From the NCBI RefSeq assembly GCF_004765795.1, contig NZ_SBIV01000001.1, positions 248,001 to 312,000 of the forward strand: a stretch of DNA of 64,000 bases. The letters are read 5' to 3'. The stretch comes from Halorussus marinus (lineage in GTDB: Archaea; Halobacteriota; Halobacteria; Halobacteriales; Haladaptataceae). Positions 1 to 9,159 of the stretch are shown here, in pieces (positions within the stretch are counted from its first letter, which is position 1; each line of letters begins with the position of its first letter). The notes under the pieces are model-generated. The model saw only the letters and a list, made by a program, of their open reading frames with translations. It did not search any database and was not told the origin of the DNA. The position numbers were made by a program, and so were the translations under genes.

Positions 1-493
1 CAACAACGAGGACTTCGACGTCATCGACGCGCTCCGGAACGGCCGGGTCGACAGCGAACGGGTCACCAACGCCACCCTGCTCGCGGGCTCGACCGCGGAC
101 GTCGGGGGAGTGACGGTCGGCGGGCTCTCGGGCAACTACGCCCCGACCCAGTACGAACGCCCGCGGCCGAACCTCCTCGGCGAGCGCCGGCGCCACTTCG
201 TGAGCGACGACGTCGAACAGGCAAAACAACTCGGCGACGTGGACGTGCTCTTGCTCCACGAGGCACCCCACGGCCTGCCGGTCACCGAAGACTACGAGGT
301 CGGCTGTGACCACATCGACGAACTGGTCGACGAACTCGACCCCGACCTCTGTCTCGTCGGCCACCACCACGAGCACGCCGAGGGGACCCGCGGAGACACC
401 CGCCTCGTCAGCCTCGCGCCCGCGTGGGAGAGCTACTACACCCTCGATCCCGACACGCTCGAACTGACCCGCCACGAGACCCCCTCGGCGTGA
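1..493 (+). CDS. Metallophosphoesterase (calcineurin-like), 5'-truncated by window edge
   Basis: Frame open from base 2: NNEDFD..., GLSGN, LLLHEAP, GHHH metallophosphoesterase motifs. Confidence 0.8.
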   Translation, partial: NNEDFDVIDALRNGRVDSERVTNATLLAGSTADVGGVTVGGLSGNYAPTQYERPRPNLLGERRRHFVSDDVEQAKQLGDVDVLLLHEAPHGLPVTEDYEVGCDHIDELVDELDPDLCLVGHHHEHAEGTRGDTRLVSLAPAWESYYTLDPDTLELTRHETPSA

Positions 494-605
494 TCGGCCG
501 CGACGGGCGACTCGCGGGGACACTCGCTTCGTCAGCCTCGCGCCAGCGTGGGAGAGCTACTACACCCTCGATCCCGACACGCTCGAACTGACTCGGTACG
601 ATACT
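385..605 (+). repeat. Imperfect tandem duplication (~97 bp, offset 124 bp) of the metallophosphoesterase 3' end
   Basis: cgtcagcctcgcgcc(c/a)gcgtgggagagctactacaccctcgatcccgacacgctcgaactgac begins at both 406 and 530. Confidence 0.9.
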
Positions 606-682
606 GCGAGCGAAGCGACCGAGAGAGTGAGGCAGGTTTTTGATCGAGCCGTTGCAAGGGCGGCGCTCTCGTGGGCCGCCCC
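604..682 (+). repeat. Dispersed palindromic repeat, copy A (3'-truncated)
   Basis: gcgagcgaagcga...gtttttgatcgagccgttgcaagggcggcgc matches the core of the copies at 4193 and 63306. Confidence 0.75.
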
Positions 683-733
683 ACCCCGGTCGAGGGCTTA
701 CCCTTTTTATTACGGGGCGTTCCAACTGTGTCT

Positions 734-1231
734 ATGACCGAGATCCATCCGAATCAACGGGTCGCCGTCCTCGCGGACGCACAGAACCTCTATCACACGG
801 CCCAGAGCGTCTACAGTCGGAATATCGACTACTCCGCGCTGCTCGAAAAGTCCGTGCAGGGCCGCGAGCTCACCCGGGCGATCGCCTACGTGATTCAGGC
901 CGACAGTCCGGACGAAGAGCGGTTCTTCGAGGCGCTCGAGGACATCGGGTTCGAGACCAAGATCAAGGAGCTCAAGACGTTCGGCGACGGGTCGAAGAAG
1001 GCCGACTGGGACGTGGGGATGAGCCTCGACGCGGTGACGCTGGCCAACCACGTCGATTCGGTGATCCTCTGTACGGGCGACGGCGACTTCTCGCGGCTCT
1101 GCTCGCACCTCCGCCACGAGGGCGTCCGGACCGAAGTCACCAGCTTCGCCGAGTCGACGTCCGAAGAACTGCTTTCGGCCGCCGACGCATTCATCGACAT
1201 GTCCGAGCGGCCCGAGACGTTCCTGCTCTAA
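734..1231 (+). CDS. NYN domain (LabA/DUF88, PIN-like) protein
   Basis: DAQNL, KADWDVGMSLD and TGDGDF motifs; ATG at 734 behind a TATA-like ctttttatta. Confidence 0.9.
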   Translation: MTEIHPNQRVAVLADAQNLYHTAQSVYSRNIDYSALLEKSVQGRELTRAIAYVIQADSPDEERFFEALEDIGFETKIKELKTFGDGSKKADWDVGMSLDAVTLANHVDSVILCTGDGDFSRLCSHLRHEGVRTEVTSFAESTSEELLSAADAFIDMSERPETFLL

Positions 1232-1398
1232 ACCGGGCGGCCGTCCTCGTCGGCGGTGCCCGAGAGGAGCGCGCCGCCCGCCATCAGGAGGACGGCGACC
1301 GACGAGAGCAGGTACGTCGTGGTGGTCTGTGTGGTCGAGATCGCGAAGACGATCGCGCCGGCCGCGAGGACGAGCGCCAGGCCGAGGTTCGCTTTCAT
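1228..1398 (-). CDS. Small two-TM membrane protein
   Basis: MKANLGLALVLAAG... two hydrophobic segments; convergent overlap with the NYN gene. Confidence 0.65.
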   Translation of the reverse strand: MKANLGLALVLAAGAIVFAISTTQTTTTYLLSSVAVLLMAGGALLSGTADEDGRPV

Positions 1399-1569
1399 TG
1401 TAGCCGCGAGTAATCGCTCCACGATTATAAATCTCGCCGTAACCGCCGGGAGAGAGCGTGATTAATCATTATATTGGTCTGGCATGTCTCGGTGTGTGAT
1501 AGCAAACAACACACAATCGGGTCGGCCGAGAGCCAAGGCTTTTCGCGGCCCGCCCCGAACTCGCGGCCA

Positions 1570-2049
1570 ATGAGTTCGACCGAGGATCTCCCCTCGCTCC
1601 GGACGACCGCGGACTACCAGTTCGGGGCGGGCGCAGGCGCCGCGCTGTTTCCCGCCGAGGCCGACCTCGAAGTGCGACGCTCCTCGTCGGGGCGGCCCCA
1701 GCAGGTCGTCGCGACCGACGGCCGGATCGTCACCTACGGCACCGACGGCCGATTCACGCTGGGTCTCGCCGGCGGCCGACGGCTCCTCGACGCCCTTGAG
1801 GCGCCCGCGGGTCGGGTCGTCGTCGGCGACGAGAGCGAACCGTTCGTCCGCGAGGGCAAGAACGTCTTCGCGAAGTTCGTCTCGGCGGTCGACCCCGACG
1901 TCCGGCCCGGCGACGAGGTCGCGATCGTCCACGAGGCCGACGGCGACCTCCTCGGCGTGGGCCGGGCGGAGCTGTCGGCCGACGCGATGGCCGACTTCGA
2001 CACCGGGATGGCCGTGATGGTCCGCGAGGGCGCGGTCGACGCCGAGTGA
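1570..2049 (+). CDS. PUA-domain protein (split C-terminal part of archaeosine tRNA-guanine transglycosylase)
   Basis: ADYQFGAGAG and FVREGKNVFAKFV...RPGDEV...GMAVMVREG, typical of ArcTGT C2/PUA domains. Confidence 0.8.
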   Translation: MSSTEDLPSLRTTADYQFGAGAGAALFPAEADLEVRRSSSGRPQQVVATDGRIVTYGTDGRFTLGLAGGRRLLDALEAPAGRVVVGDESEPFVREGKNVFAKFVSAVDPDVRPGDEVAIVHEADGDLLGVGRAELSADAMADFDTGMAVMVREGAVDAE

Positions 2050-2121
2050 ACCCGGCATTCCGGTCGCCCGACGCCGGCGCGGTCCAACACGCTTATCCTC
2101 CCGGCTTCCGACGGTTCGAGT

Positions 2122-2514
2122 ATGTTCGGAGGAGGCGGCGGTGGGCTCGACCCCCGCAAGATGCAGCAGATGATGAAGCAGATGGGCATCGACGTGGACG
2201 AACTGGACGCCGAGGAGGTAATCATCCGCAAGTCCGACGGCGAGGAGCTGGTGTTCGAGAACCCGGACATCACCGTGATGGACGCCCGCGGACAGGAGAC
2301 CTACCAGGTCGTCGGCGAGCCCGAGTCCCGCGAGGCGAGCGCCGGCGCAGTCGAGTCCGGCGACGCCGAGGAGACGGACGCCGCGTCGGGCGACATTCCT
2401 GACTCGGACGTCGAGCTCGTCGCCCAACGGACGGGCGCGAGCCAGGACGACGCCCGCGAGGCGCTCGAGGCGACCGACGGCGACCTCGCGGCCGCGGTCG
2501 AGCGCCTAGAGTGA
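2122..2514 (+). CDS. nac: Nascent polypeptide-associated complex protein
   Basis: [17 protein letters not shown] domain plus UBA-like C-terminus (GDLAAA). Confidence 0.95.
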   Translation: MFGGGGGGLDPRKMQQMMKQMGIDVDELDAEEVIIRKSDGEELVFENPDITVMDARGQETYQVVGEPESREASAGAVESGDAEETDAASGDIPDSDVELVAQRTGASQDDAREALEATDGDLAAAVERLE

Positions 2515-3230
2515 CCGTCCTGCTCGTCCACGGCGACCGGGAGTACCTCCGGGACCCGGGCGAGGAGCTCCAGACCGACCTCGGGGTCCTCGACGTGCCC
2601 GAAGACGTCGAGTCGGGCGACACGCTCGAGACCCATCTCGGCGAACCCTTCGAGGTGCGCGAGCTCCGCGGCCCGGACCTGTTCAACCACTTCGAGCGCA
2701 CCGGCGCGCCGATGATGCCCCGCGACGTGGGGCTTGTCGTCGGCCACACGGGCGTCGCACACGGGGACCGCGTGCTCGACGCCGGCACCGGGACCGGCGT
2801 GCTGTCGGCGTTCCTCGCCCGGGCGGGCGCCGACGTGACGACGTTCGAGCGCGACCCGGAGTTCGCCGAGGTCGCGCGCGAGAACATGGTGCTTGCGGAC
2901 GTCGCCGACTCGGTCGACGTGCGTGCGGGCGACGTTCTCGACCGGCTCGACGACCTCGGGGGGTTCGACGTGCTCACCCTCGACACCGCCGACGCCGACG
3001 AGGTCGTGGCCCGGGCGCCCGACCTGCTCGTCCGTGGCGGCTTCGTCGCGGTGTACTCGCCGTTCGTCGAGCAGACCCGCGAGGTCGTCGAGGCCGCCCG
3101 CGAGGCGGGGCTCGGCGAGATCCGGACCTTCGAGACGATCCAGCGCGAGATGGACTTCGACGACCGGGGCTCGCGACCCTCGACCGCCGGCGTCGGCCAC
3201 ACCGGCTACCTGACGTTCGCGCGCCGATAG
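2511..3230 (+). CDS. trmI: tRNA (adenine-N1)-methyltransferase TrmI-like
   Basis: [12 protein letters not shown] motif, [23 protein letters not shown] overlaps the nac stop. Confidence 0.85.
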   Translation: MTVLLVHGDREYLRDPGEELQTDLGVLDVPEDVESGDTLETHLGEPFEVRELRGPDLFNHFERTGAPMMPRDVGLVVGHTGVAHGDRVLDAGTGTGVLSAFLARAGADVTTFERDPEFAEVARENMVLADVADSVDVRAGDVLDRLDDLGGFDVLTLDTADADEVVARAPDLLVRGGFVAVYSPFVEQTREVVEAAREAGLGEIRTFETIQREMDFDDRGSRPSTAGVGHTGYLTFARR

Positions 3231-3316
3231 CCCACGGGCGTAGGCCGGGCGAACGCGCGGTAGGCCGCCTATAACAAAGTCCGTCGCGGCCCTCGTTTTC
3301 GACACCTATCGCTTTC

Positions 3317-4123
3317 ATGACGGGCACACAGCTACGGGTCGGCCTGTTGGTTCGAGGCTTCGACGTTCCGGCGTGGCAGGCGCGCGCGATCGAGGCGATG
3401 CTCGCCCGGACGGACGCGACAGTCACGCACCTGATCGTCCAGCGCGACTCGACCGGCGCCGGCGAGCGCGGACTCGCCGACGCGCTCCGGCGGGTCCGCG
3501 AGAACCCGACGTGGGCGCCGGTCAGCATCGCGCTCAGGCTCGGGAGGCTCCCCGAGCACTTCCGGCCGCGCTCGCTCTCCTCGATCGCGGGGCTGGGCGA
3601 TCCCGAGGTCGTCGAGTGCGACCCCGAGCCGGCGTCGGACTTCGGCAACGTGTTGCCGCCGGCCGGCGTCGACGCGCTCGATGCCACCGACGTGGCGGTC
3701 CGGTTCGCGTTTGGCATCCTCAAAGGCGACGCGCTCGACGCGCCCGACCGGGGCGTGTTGAGCTTCCACCACGGCGATCTCAGGGAATATCGCGGCCAAC
3801 CCTGCGGGTTCTGGGAGTTCCTCAACGGCGAGGACGCGGCGGGCGTCACGCTCCAGCGGCTCACCGAGACCCTCGACGGGGGCGAGATGGTGGCCTACGA
3901 GCCGGTCGACATCCGCGACGCCCGGACGTGGCCGGAGGTCCGACGCCGACTGTTCGACGTCTCCGACGACGTGCTGGTCTCGGGCATCGAGCGCGTCGCG
4001 GCGGGCGCCGACCCCCACTCGCCCGAGGAGGTCGGCGATCTCTACACCATCCCCGAAGGCGAGGACGTGCTCAAGTACGTCCTGAAAGAGGGGCGAGGAC
4101 GGGTCGCGAACGCGGTCGAGTGA
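3317..4123 (+). CDS. Formyltransferase-family protein
   Basis: SFHHGDLREYRG..GFWE..GVTLQRLTETLDGG formyl_trans_N signature. Confidence 0.75.
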   Translation: MTGTQLRVGLLVRGFDVPAWQARAIEAMLARTDATVTHLIVQRDSTGAGERGLADALRRVRENPTWAPVSIALRLGRLPEHFRPRSLSSIAGLGDPEVVECDPEPASDFGNVLPPAGVDALDATDVAVRFAFGILKGDALDAPDRGVLSFHHGDLREYRGQPCGFWEFLNGEDAAGVTLQRLTETLDGGEMVAYEPVDIRDARTWPEVRRRLFDVSDDVLVSGIERVAAGADPHSPEEVGDLYTIPEGEDVLKYVLKEGRGRVANAVE

Positions 4124-4192
4124 GGCGTCGCTCGGCCCGCGAATTAAAGATCGCGCGCTCGGCTGATCTTCGACCGTCGCACTCCGAAATCA

Positions 4193-4295
4193 CCGCGAGC
4201 GACCGGAGGGAGCGAGCGGACCGAGGAGCCCCCGAAGGGGGTGACGACGTGTTTTTGATCGAGCGTTTGCAAGCGAGCGCAGCAAAAGGTCGTCG
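4193..4295 (+). repeat. Dispersed palindromic repeat, copy B
   Basis: gagcgagcggaccgagga...ggtgacgacgtgtttttgatcgagcgtttgcaag...gcagcaaaaggtcg; abuts the tfs stop codon. Confidence 0.85.
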
Positions 4296-4607
4296 CTAAT
4301 TATCGTCCTCGCGCCACTTGTGCTCGCACTCGGTGCAGATGAAAAAGCGCGTCTCGCTCTCGTCGGCCGCCCGGATCTGTTGCATGTACCACCGGGCGCG
4401 ATCGTGGCCACATTCCGGGCAGTGGGCCTCGGTGGTCGGCAGTGCGCTGTTCTCGCCGCCGGACTCGATGACCTCGCTGATCTCCTGGTCTTCGGTCACG
4501 ACGTAGTTGGCCTCGGGGTCTTTCGGCGTCTTGTTGCCACAGCTCCCACAGACCCACAGTTCGTCCTCGGCTTTCATCATCGAACCGCACTCGTCACAGA
4601 ACTCCAT
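4296..4607 (-). CDS. tfs: Transcription factor S (TFS)
   Basis: MEFCDECGS zinc ribbon and QIRAADESETRFFICTEC. Confidence 0.95.
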   Translation of the reverse strand: MEFCDECGSMMKAEDELWVCGSCGNKTPKDPEANYVVTEDQEISEVIESGGENSALPTTEAHCPECGHDRARWYMQQIRAADESETRFFICTECEHKWREDDN

Positions 4608-4811
4608 TCTTGGTCCGGCGTAGCGGGCGCGGTAAGTTAAGCGACCTGCTTTACCCCTCGCGCTCCGACTGGTAGGGCTCGCCGACCGCTTTCGGGGGTA
4701 CGGTGTCGTCGCGTTCGTCGCGAACCCGGCGTCGAGTCCGGGGTCCGAGACGGTCGCGAACCAAACGGGTTTTAAGCCCCGCGACGTAAACTCGCGGTAA
4801 GGTAGATATCT

Positions 4812-5093
4812 ATGCAGATGCCACGACGCTTCAATACGTACTGCCCCCACTGCAAAGCCCACGAAGAACACGAGGTCCAGAAGGTCCGGACGGGTCGCTC
4901 GACCGGCATGAAGTGGGACCAGCGCAAGCAACGCGAGGGGAGTAAGGGTATCGGCAACCGCGGTCGGTTCTCGAAGGTGCCCGGTGGCGACAAGCCCACC
5001 AAGAAGACCGACCTCAAGTATCTGTGCAGCGAGTGTGGCAAGGCCCACCTCCGCGAGGGATGGCGCGCCGGCCGACTGGAGCTTCAGGAGTAA
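4812..5093 (+). CDS. rpl44e: 50S ribosomal protein L44e
   Basis: TYCPHC...[17 protein letters not shown]. Confidence 0.97.
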   Translation: MQMPRRFNTYCPHCKAHEEHEVQKVRTGRSTGMKWDQRKQREGSKGIGNRGRFSKVPGGDKPTKKTDLKYLCSECGKAHLREGWRAGRLELQE

Positions 5094-5095
5094 CA

Positions 5096-5269
5096 ATGGC
5101 AGGTAACTTCTACACCGTCGAATGTCCCGACTGCGACAACGAACAGACCGTCTTCGACAAGGCCGCGACCGAGGTCGCCTGCGCGGTCTGTGGCGCGACG
5201 CTCGCCCGACCCACCGGCGGGAAGGCCGACATCGAAGGCGAAGTGACTGAGACCGTTCAGGCCCGATGA
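5096..5269 (+). CDS. rps27e: 30S ribosomal protein S27e
   Basis: [13 protein letters not shown]...[16 protein letters not shown]. Confidence 0.97.
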   Translation: MAGNFYTVECPDCDNEQTVFDKAATEVACAVCGATLARPTGGKADIEGEVTETVQAR

Positions 5270-6066
5270 AATACAGCGGCTGGCCCGAACCCGGCGAACT
5301 CGTCGTCGGCAAGATCGACGAGATCGAGGACTTCGGCGTGTTCGTCGACCTCGACGAGTACGAGGACAAGCGCGGGCTCATCCACGTCAGCGAGGTCGCG
5401 AGCGGGTGGATCAAGAACATCCGCGACCACGTCAACGAGGGCCAGACGGTCGTCTGCAAGGTGCTGGAAGTCGACGAGAGCGCCCAGCAGATCGACCTCT
5501 CGCTGAAAGACGTCAACGACCACCAGCGCTCCGAGAAGATCCAGGAGTGGAAAAACGAGCAGAAGGCCGACAACTGGATGACGCTGGCGTTCGGCGAGGA
5601 CGTCTCCGACGAAAAGTACGCGTCGGTCGCCAACGAACTCATCGCGGCGTTCGGGAGCCTCTACGACGGGTTCGAGCAGGCCGCGATCCACGGCCACGAG
5701 GAACTCGACGAGGTCGACATCACCGACGAGGAGCGCGACCGGATCGTCGAGACCGCCCGCGAGAACGTCTCGGTGCCGTACGTCACGGTCACGGGGTACG
5801 TCGACCTCGAGAGCCCGGACGGCGACGGCGTCGACGACGTGAAAGAGGCGCTTCAGGCCGCCGAGGGGAACGGCGACATCCCCGGCGAGATCGACCTCGA
5901 AGTGACGTACGTCGGCGCGCCCGAGTACCGGATCCGGGTGCGGGCGCCCAACTACAAGACCGCCGAGTCCCAACTCGAAGAGAGCGCGGCCCGCGCGGAG
6001 TCGGCGATCGAGTCGCTGGGCGGTACCGCGTCGTTCCACCGCGAGCGACAGACCGACGACGAGTAG
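5266..6066 (+). CDS. eif2a: Translation initiation factor aIF-2 alpha subunit
   Basis: S1 domain ([15 protein letters not shown]) and YVGAPEYR; conserved operon position. Confidence 0.97.
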   Translation: MKYSGWPEPGELVVGKIDEIEDFGVFVDLDEYEDKRGLIHVSEVASGWIKNIRDHVNEGQTVVCKVLEVDESAQQIDLSLKDVNDHQRSEKIQEWKNEQKADNWMTLAFGEDVSDEKYASVANELIAAFGSLYDGFEQAAIHGHEELDEVDITDEERDRIVETARENVSVPYVTVTGYVDLESPDGDGVDDVKEALQAAEGNGDIPGEIDLEVTYVGAPEYRIRVRAPNYKTAESQLEESAARAESAIESLGGTASFHRERQTDDE

Positions 6067-6249
6067 ATGAAATCCGACATCCGCGTCTGTTCGGCGTGGC
6101 GCGAGGAACACGACCGACCGCGGTACACCCTTTCTCCGAGCTGTCCCGACTGCGGAGCCGACGCCGTCAACACCGCGCCCGCGCCGTTCAACCCCGAGGA
6201 CCCCTACGGCGAGTACCGACGGGCACTTAAGGAGCGCGCCCGCGAGTAA
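6067..6249 (+). CDS. nop10: H/ACA RNP protein Nop10
   Basis: RYTL..CPDCG...PAPFNPEDPYGEYRR. Confidence 0.95.
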   Translation: MKSDIRVCSAWREEHDRPRYTLSPSCPDCGADAVNTAPAPFNPEDPYGEYRRALKERARE

Positions 6250-6254
6250 GCCAC

Positions 6255-7013
6255 ATGGACGAGATCGACATCGAGGTCGTCGCGGACCCACAGCTCCGGG
6301 ACCCCGTCTTCGTCGAGGGGCTCCCGGGCGTGGGCCACGTCGGAAAGCTCGCGGCCGAACACCTCCTCGAAGAGAAAGAAAGCGAGGTCGTCCGCCGGGT
6401 GTACTCCGAGCACTTCCCGCCGCAGGTCGGGATGAACGAGGACGGCACGACCGACCTCGTCTGCGCGACGGTCCACGCGGTCGAACTCGCGGATCGGGAC
6501 CTGCTAGTGCTGACCGGCGACCAGCAGGCCGGCGACAACGCGGGCCACTACCGGGTCACCGACGCCTTTCTCGACGTGGCCGAGTCGTTCGACGCCGAGG
6601 CCGTCTACGCGCTCGGGGGTGTCCCGACCGGCGAGCTCGTCGAGGAGTACGCGGTTCTGGGCGCCGCCACCGACGCCGAGTTCGTCGAGGAGCTCCGCGA
6701 GGTCGGCGTCGAGTTCCGCGAGGACGAGCCCGCCGGCGGTATCGTCGGGACCAGCGGCCTGTTGCTCGGGCTCGGCGAGCGCCGCGGGCTCCGGGCGGCC
6801 TGCCTGATGGGCGAGACGAGCGGCTACCTCGTCGACCCCAAGAGCGCACAGGCGGTCCTCGAAGTGCTCGAAGACGTGCTCGGCTTCGAGATCGCGTTCG
6901 ACGCCCTGGAGGAGCGAGCCGACGAGATGGAGGACGTGGCGAACAAGATCCAGGAGATGGAGAGCCAGCAGAACGCGATGGCGACCGACGAGAACCTCCG
7001 GTACATCGGCTGA
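6255..7013 (+). CDS. PAC2-family proteasome assembly chaperone
   Basis: VEGLPGVGHVGKL, GGIVGTSGLLLG, CLMGETSGYLVDP and C-terminal YIG. Confidence 0.9.
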   Translation: MDEIDIEVVADPQLRDPVFVEGLPGVGHVGKLAAEHLLEEKESEVVRRVYSEHFPPQVGMNEDGTTDLVCATVHAVELADRDLLVLTGDQQAGDNAGHYRVTDAFLDVAESFDAEAVYALGGVPTGELVEEYAVLGAATDAEFVEELREVGVEFREDEPAGGIVGTSGLLLGLGERRGLRAACLMGETSGYLVDPKSAQAVLEVLEDVLGFEIAFDALEERADEMEDVANKIQEMESQQNAMATDENLRYIG

Positions 7014-7025
7014 TTTTCGCCGCCC

Positions 7026-7565
7026 CTACGAGTCGAAGACCCGTCGCTTTCGCTCGGTGTAGGCGTGGTAACTCGCAGACAGCCCTACCAGCACGAGAAA
7101 GTACCACGCCCAGAAGGTCGTGGTGAACGACGAGACGAACGCCAGGTCGAACTGGACCGCCGACAGCGTCGCGAGCCCGAGCGCGCTCACCCCGAGGTAG
7201 TAGGTCGCCCACGAGATGTCGCCCTCGGGGACGACCTCCATGTACACCTCCACCTCCTCGACCCGGTCGCGGAGTTCGAGCAGTTGCTCGCGTTGATCGT
7301 AGTCGACAATATCGAGTTCGTCTAGCTTCGGGAGGTGTGTCTGGTGAAGTGACACGTAGACGCTCTTGCGGACATCTCTGGGGGGCGGCGACTCCCCGGT
7401 CTCGACCGCGGCGATGTGCTCGGCCAGCGCGTCGACCGACAGCGTCTCGTCGACGTCTCTGAGGTGCTGAATCGCGTGTCGTCGCCGGTCGTTACGGAGG
7501 ACGTTGTGGATCTCGCTCGGGTCGAGGGTCCGCTCGTTGTCCGCGTCTGCATCTCGTAGTGTCAT
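7026..7565 (-). CDS. Haloarchaeal winged-helix protein with two C-terminal TM helices (DUF7344-like)
   Basis: VLRNDRRR...RKSVYVSLHQTHLPKLDE motif followed by hydrophobic segments. Confidence 0.8.
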   Translation of the reverse strand: MTLRDADADNERTLDPSEIHNVLRNDRRRHAIQHLRDVDETLSVDALAEHIAAVETGESPPPRDVRKSVYVSLHQTHLPKLDELDIVDYDQREQLLELRDRVEEVEVYMEVVPEGDISWATYYLGVSALGLATLSAVQFDLAFVSSFTTTFWAWYFLVLVGLSASYHAYTERKRRVFDS

Positions 7566-7707
7566 TGTTCGGTACGACAGTGCCGACCTGACATGTGCCG
7601 TTGAGTGCATCCAGTGCTACGACCATTAATGTTGCCATTATTTCTATACGTACCGAGTAGAAACTATTTGCGAGAGATTCTTTACGATACAGGACGTAGC
7701 GACGGCC

Positions 7708-8277
7708 GTGTTGCCCGAATGGCTGGTCGTCGGACTCTGGCTGTCCGGCGCTATCGGGGCGCTCATCGCCGGCATCTTCGTGGCCGGAGCGCGACTGTAT
7801 CCGACCGAACCGACCCGCCCGACCGCGACCGGCGAGGGGCGGCGTCGGACCGAGATCCGCCAGTACCTCTCGACCATCGGCGAGGCGTTCGCCGAGGACC
7901 ACTTCGTCGAGGGCCAACACGTCGCGTTCTACCTCCCGGAGCGCGACGTGGCGATCACCTTCGACGCCCGGGCGTACTTCCGGATAGAGCACTCGCCGAC
8001 CCGCGCCGTCCTCGTCGAACACGAGATGCCCGGGATGCACCTCGGCGACCGACTCCCGTTCGAGACCCCGGAGGTGGCGGGCGAAGACGACGACCGACTC
8101 GACCCGCGTGAGGCGGCGTTCGCGGTGCTCGGCGTCTCGCCGGGCGCGAGCGCTCCCGAGGTGAAACGGGCCTACCGCGAGAAGGTAAAGGAGGTCCACC
8201 CGGACCACGGCGGCGACCGCGAGCGGTTCCAGCGGGTCCGGGAGGCGTACACGACCGCCCGGAAGCGAGTCAGCTGA
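7708..8277 (+). CDS. Membrane-anchored J-domain protein
   Basis: N-terminal TM; C-terminal VKRAYREKVKEVHPDHGG with HPD motif. Confidence 0.88.
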   Translation: MLPEWLVVGLWLSGAIGALIAGIFVAGARLYPTEPTRPTATGEGRRRTEIRQYLSTIGEAFAEDHFVEGQHVAFYLPERDVAITFDARAYFRIEHSPTRAVLVEHEMPGMHLGDRLPFETPEVAGEDDDRLDPREAAFAVLGVSPGASAPEVKRAYREKVKEVHPDHGGDRERFQRVREAYTTARKRVS

Positions 8278-9052
8278 GATCCGACACCTCGTAGGTGACG
8301 TTGCCGTCCCGGAGCGCGTCGGTGACCCGACCGACGACGTCGGCGGTGACGACCACCACCGCGTCGAGCCCGCGGTCGGCGGCCGCGGCCGCGACCTCCC
8401 CGGCGGCGAACGTCGTGGCGGGCTCACGGTCGGCGCGTCCGAGCGCCACGACGGCCTCGACGCCCGTGGCCGCCACCAGATCGGCCGACTCGCAGGCGGC
8501 CGCCAGCGCGTCGGCGTCGGTCGCGCCGGCTCCGCCCGACCGGACGGGCGGGACCTGATAGACGGTCACGGTGCCGGGCTCGAAGTCGATGATTCCCTCG
8601 AAGCCGGTGACCCCCACGTCCGCGCCGGCCTCGGCGTCGGTGGTCGCGGCGCCGGTCGCCGGCCCCGTCTCGCCCGGACTCGCGTGGAGCAGTCCCTCCG
8701 AAAGCGTGAGAGTCACCGTCTGGCCCTCCTCGATGTCGTCGGTCGCGATCGCGGCCTCCTCCCTGACGCTCCCGAGGATGTCTTCGGTGACCCGGTCGGC
8801 GTACCGGCGCACGTCGGTCGCCTCCTGGAGGAGCCAGTCGACGCCCTCCTTGGTGACGCTGTAGCGCGACCGACCCTCCTTCTCGACGAGTCCGTCCTCG
8901 ACCAGCGCGCGGATGTACTCGCTGACCGCCTGACTCGTCACGCCGACCGCCTCGGCGATCTCGCCCTGACTCACCGCGGGCTGGCGCTCCGCGATCTCCG
9001 CGAGGATGCGAAACCGGGTGGCGGCGCGCTTGTTCTCCAGAACGTCGGACAT
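8270..9052 (-). CDS. Winged-HTH (MarR/Crp-like) transcriptional regulator
   Basis: SQGEIAEAVGVTSQAVSEYIRALVEDG HTH. Confidence 0.85.
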   Translation of the reverse strand: MSDVLENKRAATRFRILAEIAERQPAVSQGEIAEAVGVTSQAVSEYIRALVEDGLVEKEGRSRYSVTKEGVDWLLQEATDVRRYADRVTEDILGSVREEAAIATDDIEEGQTVTLTLSEGLLHASPGETGPATGAATTDAEAGADVGVTGFEGIIDFEPGTVTVYQVPPVRSGGAGATDADALAAACESADLVAATGVEAVVALGRADREPATTFAAGEVAAAAADRGLDAVVVVTADVVGRVTDALRDGNVTYEVSDLS

Positions 9053-9159
9053 GTCCGAAACTGGCGGGCGGGACGGTAAAAATCCCCGCGGTCGGTCAGC
9101 GGACGGTGGCGCCCGCGCCACCGCAACGGGCAAAGGGGGCCGGCCCGTTTCCCCGACCG

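Noticed and set aside
3317..4123. Methionyl-tRNA formyltransferase (fmt)
   Set aside because: Lacks the C-terminal tRNA-binding domain, and archaea do not formylate initiator tRNA
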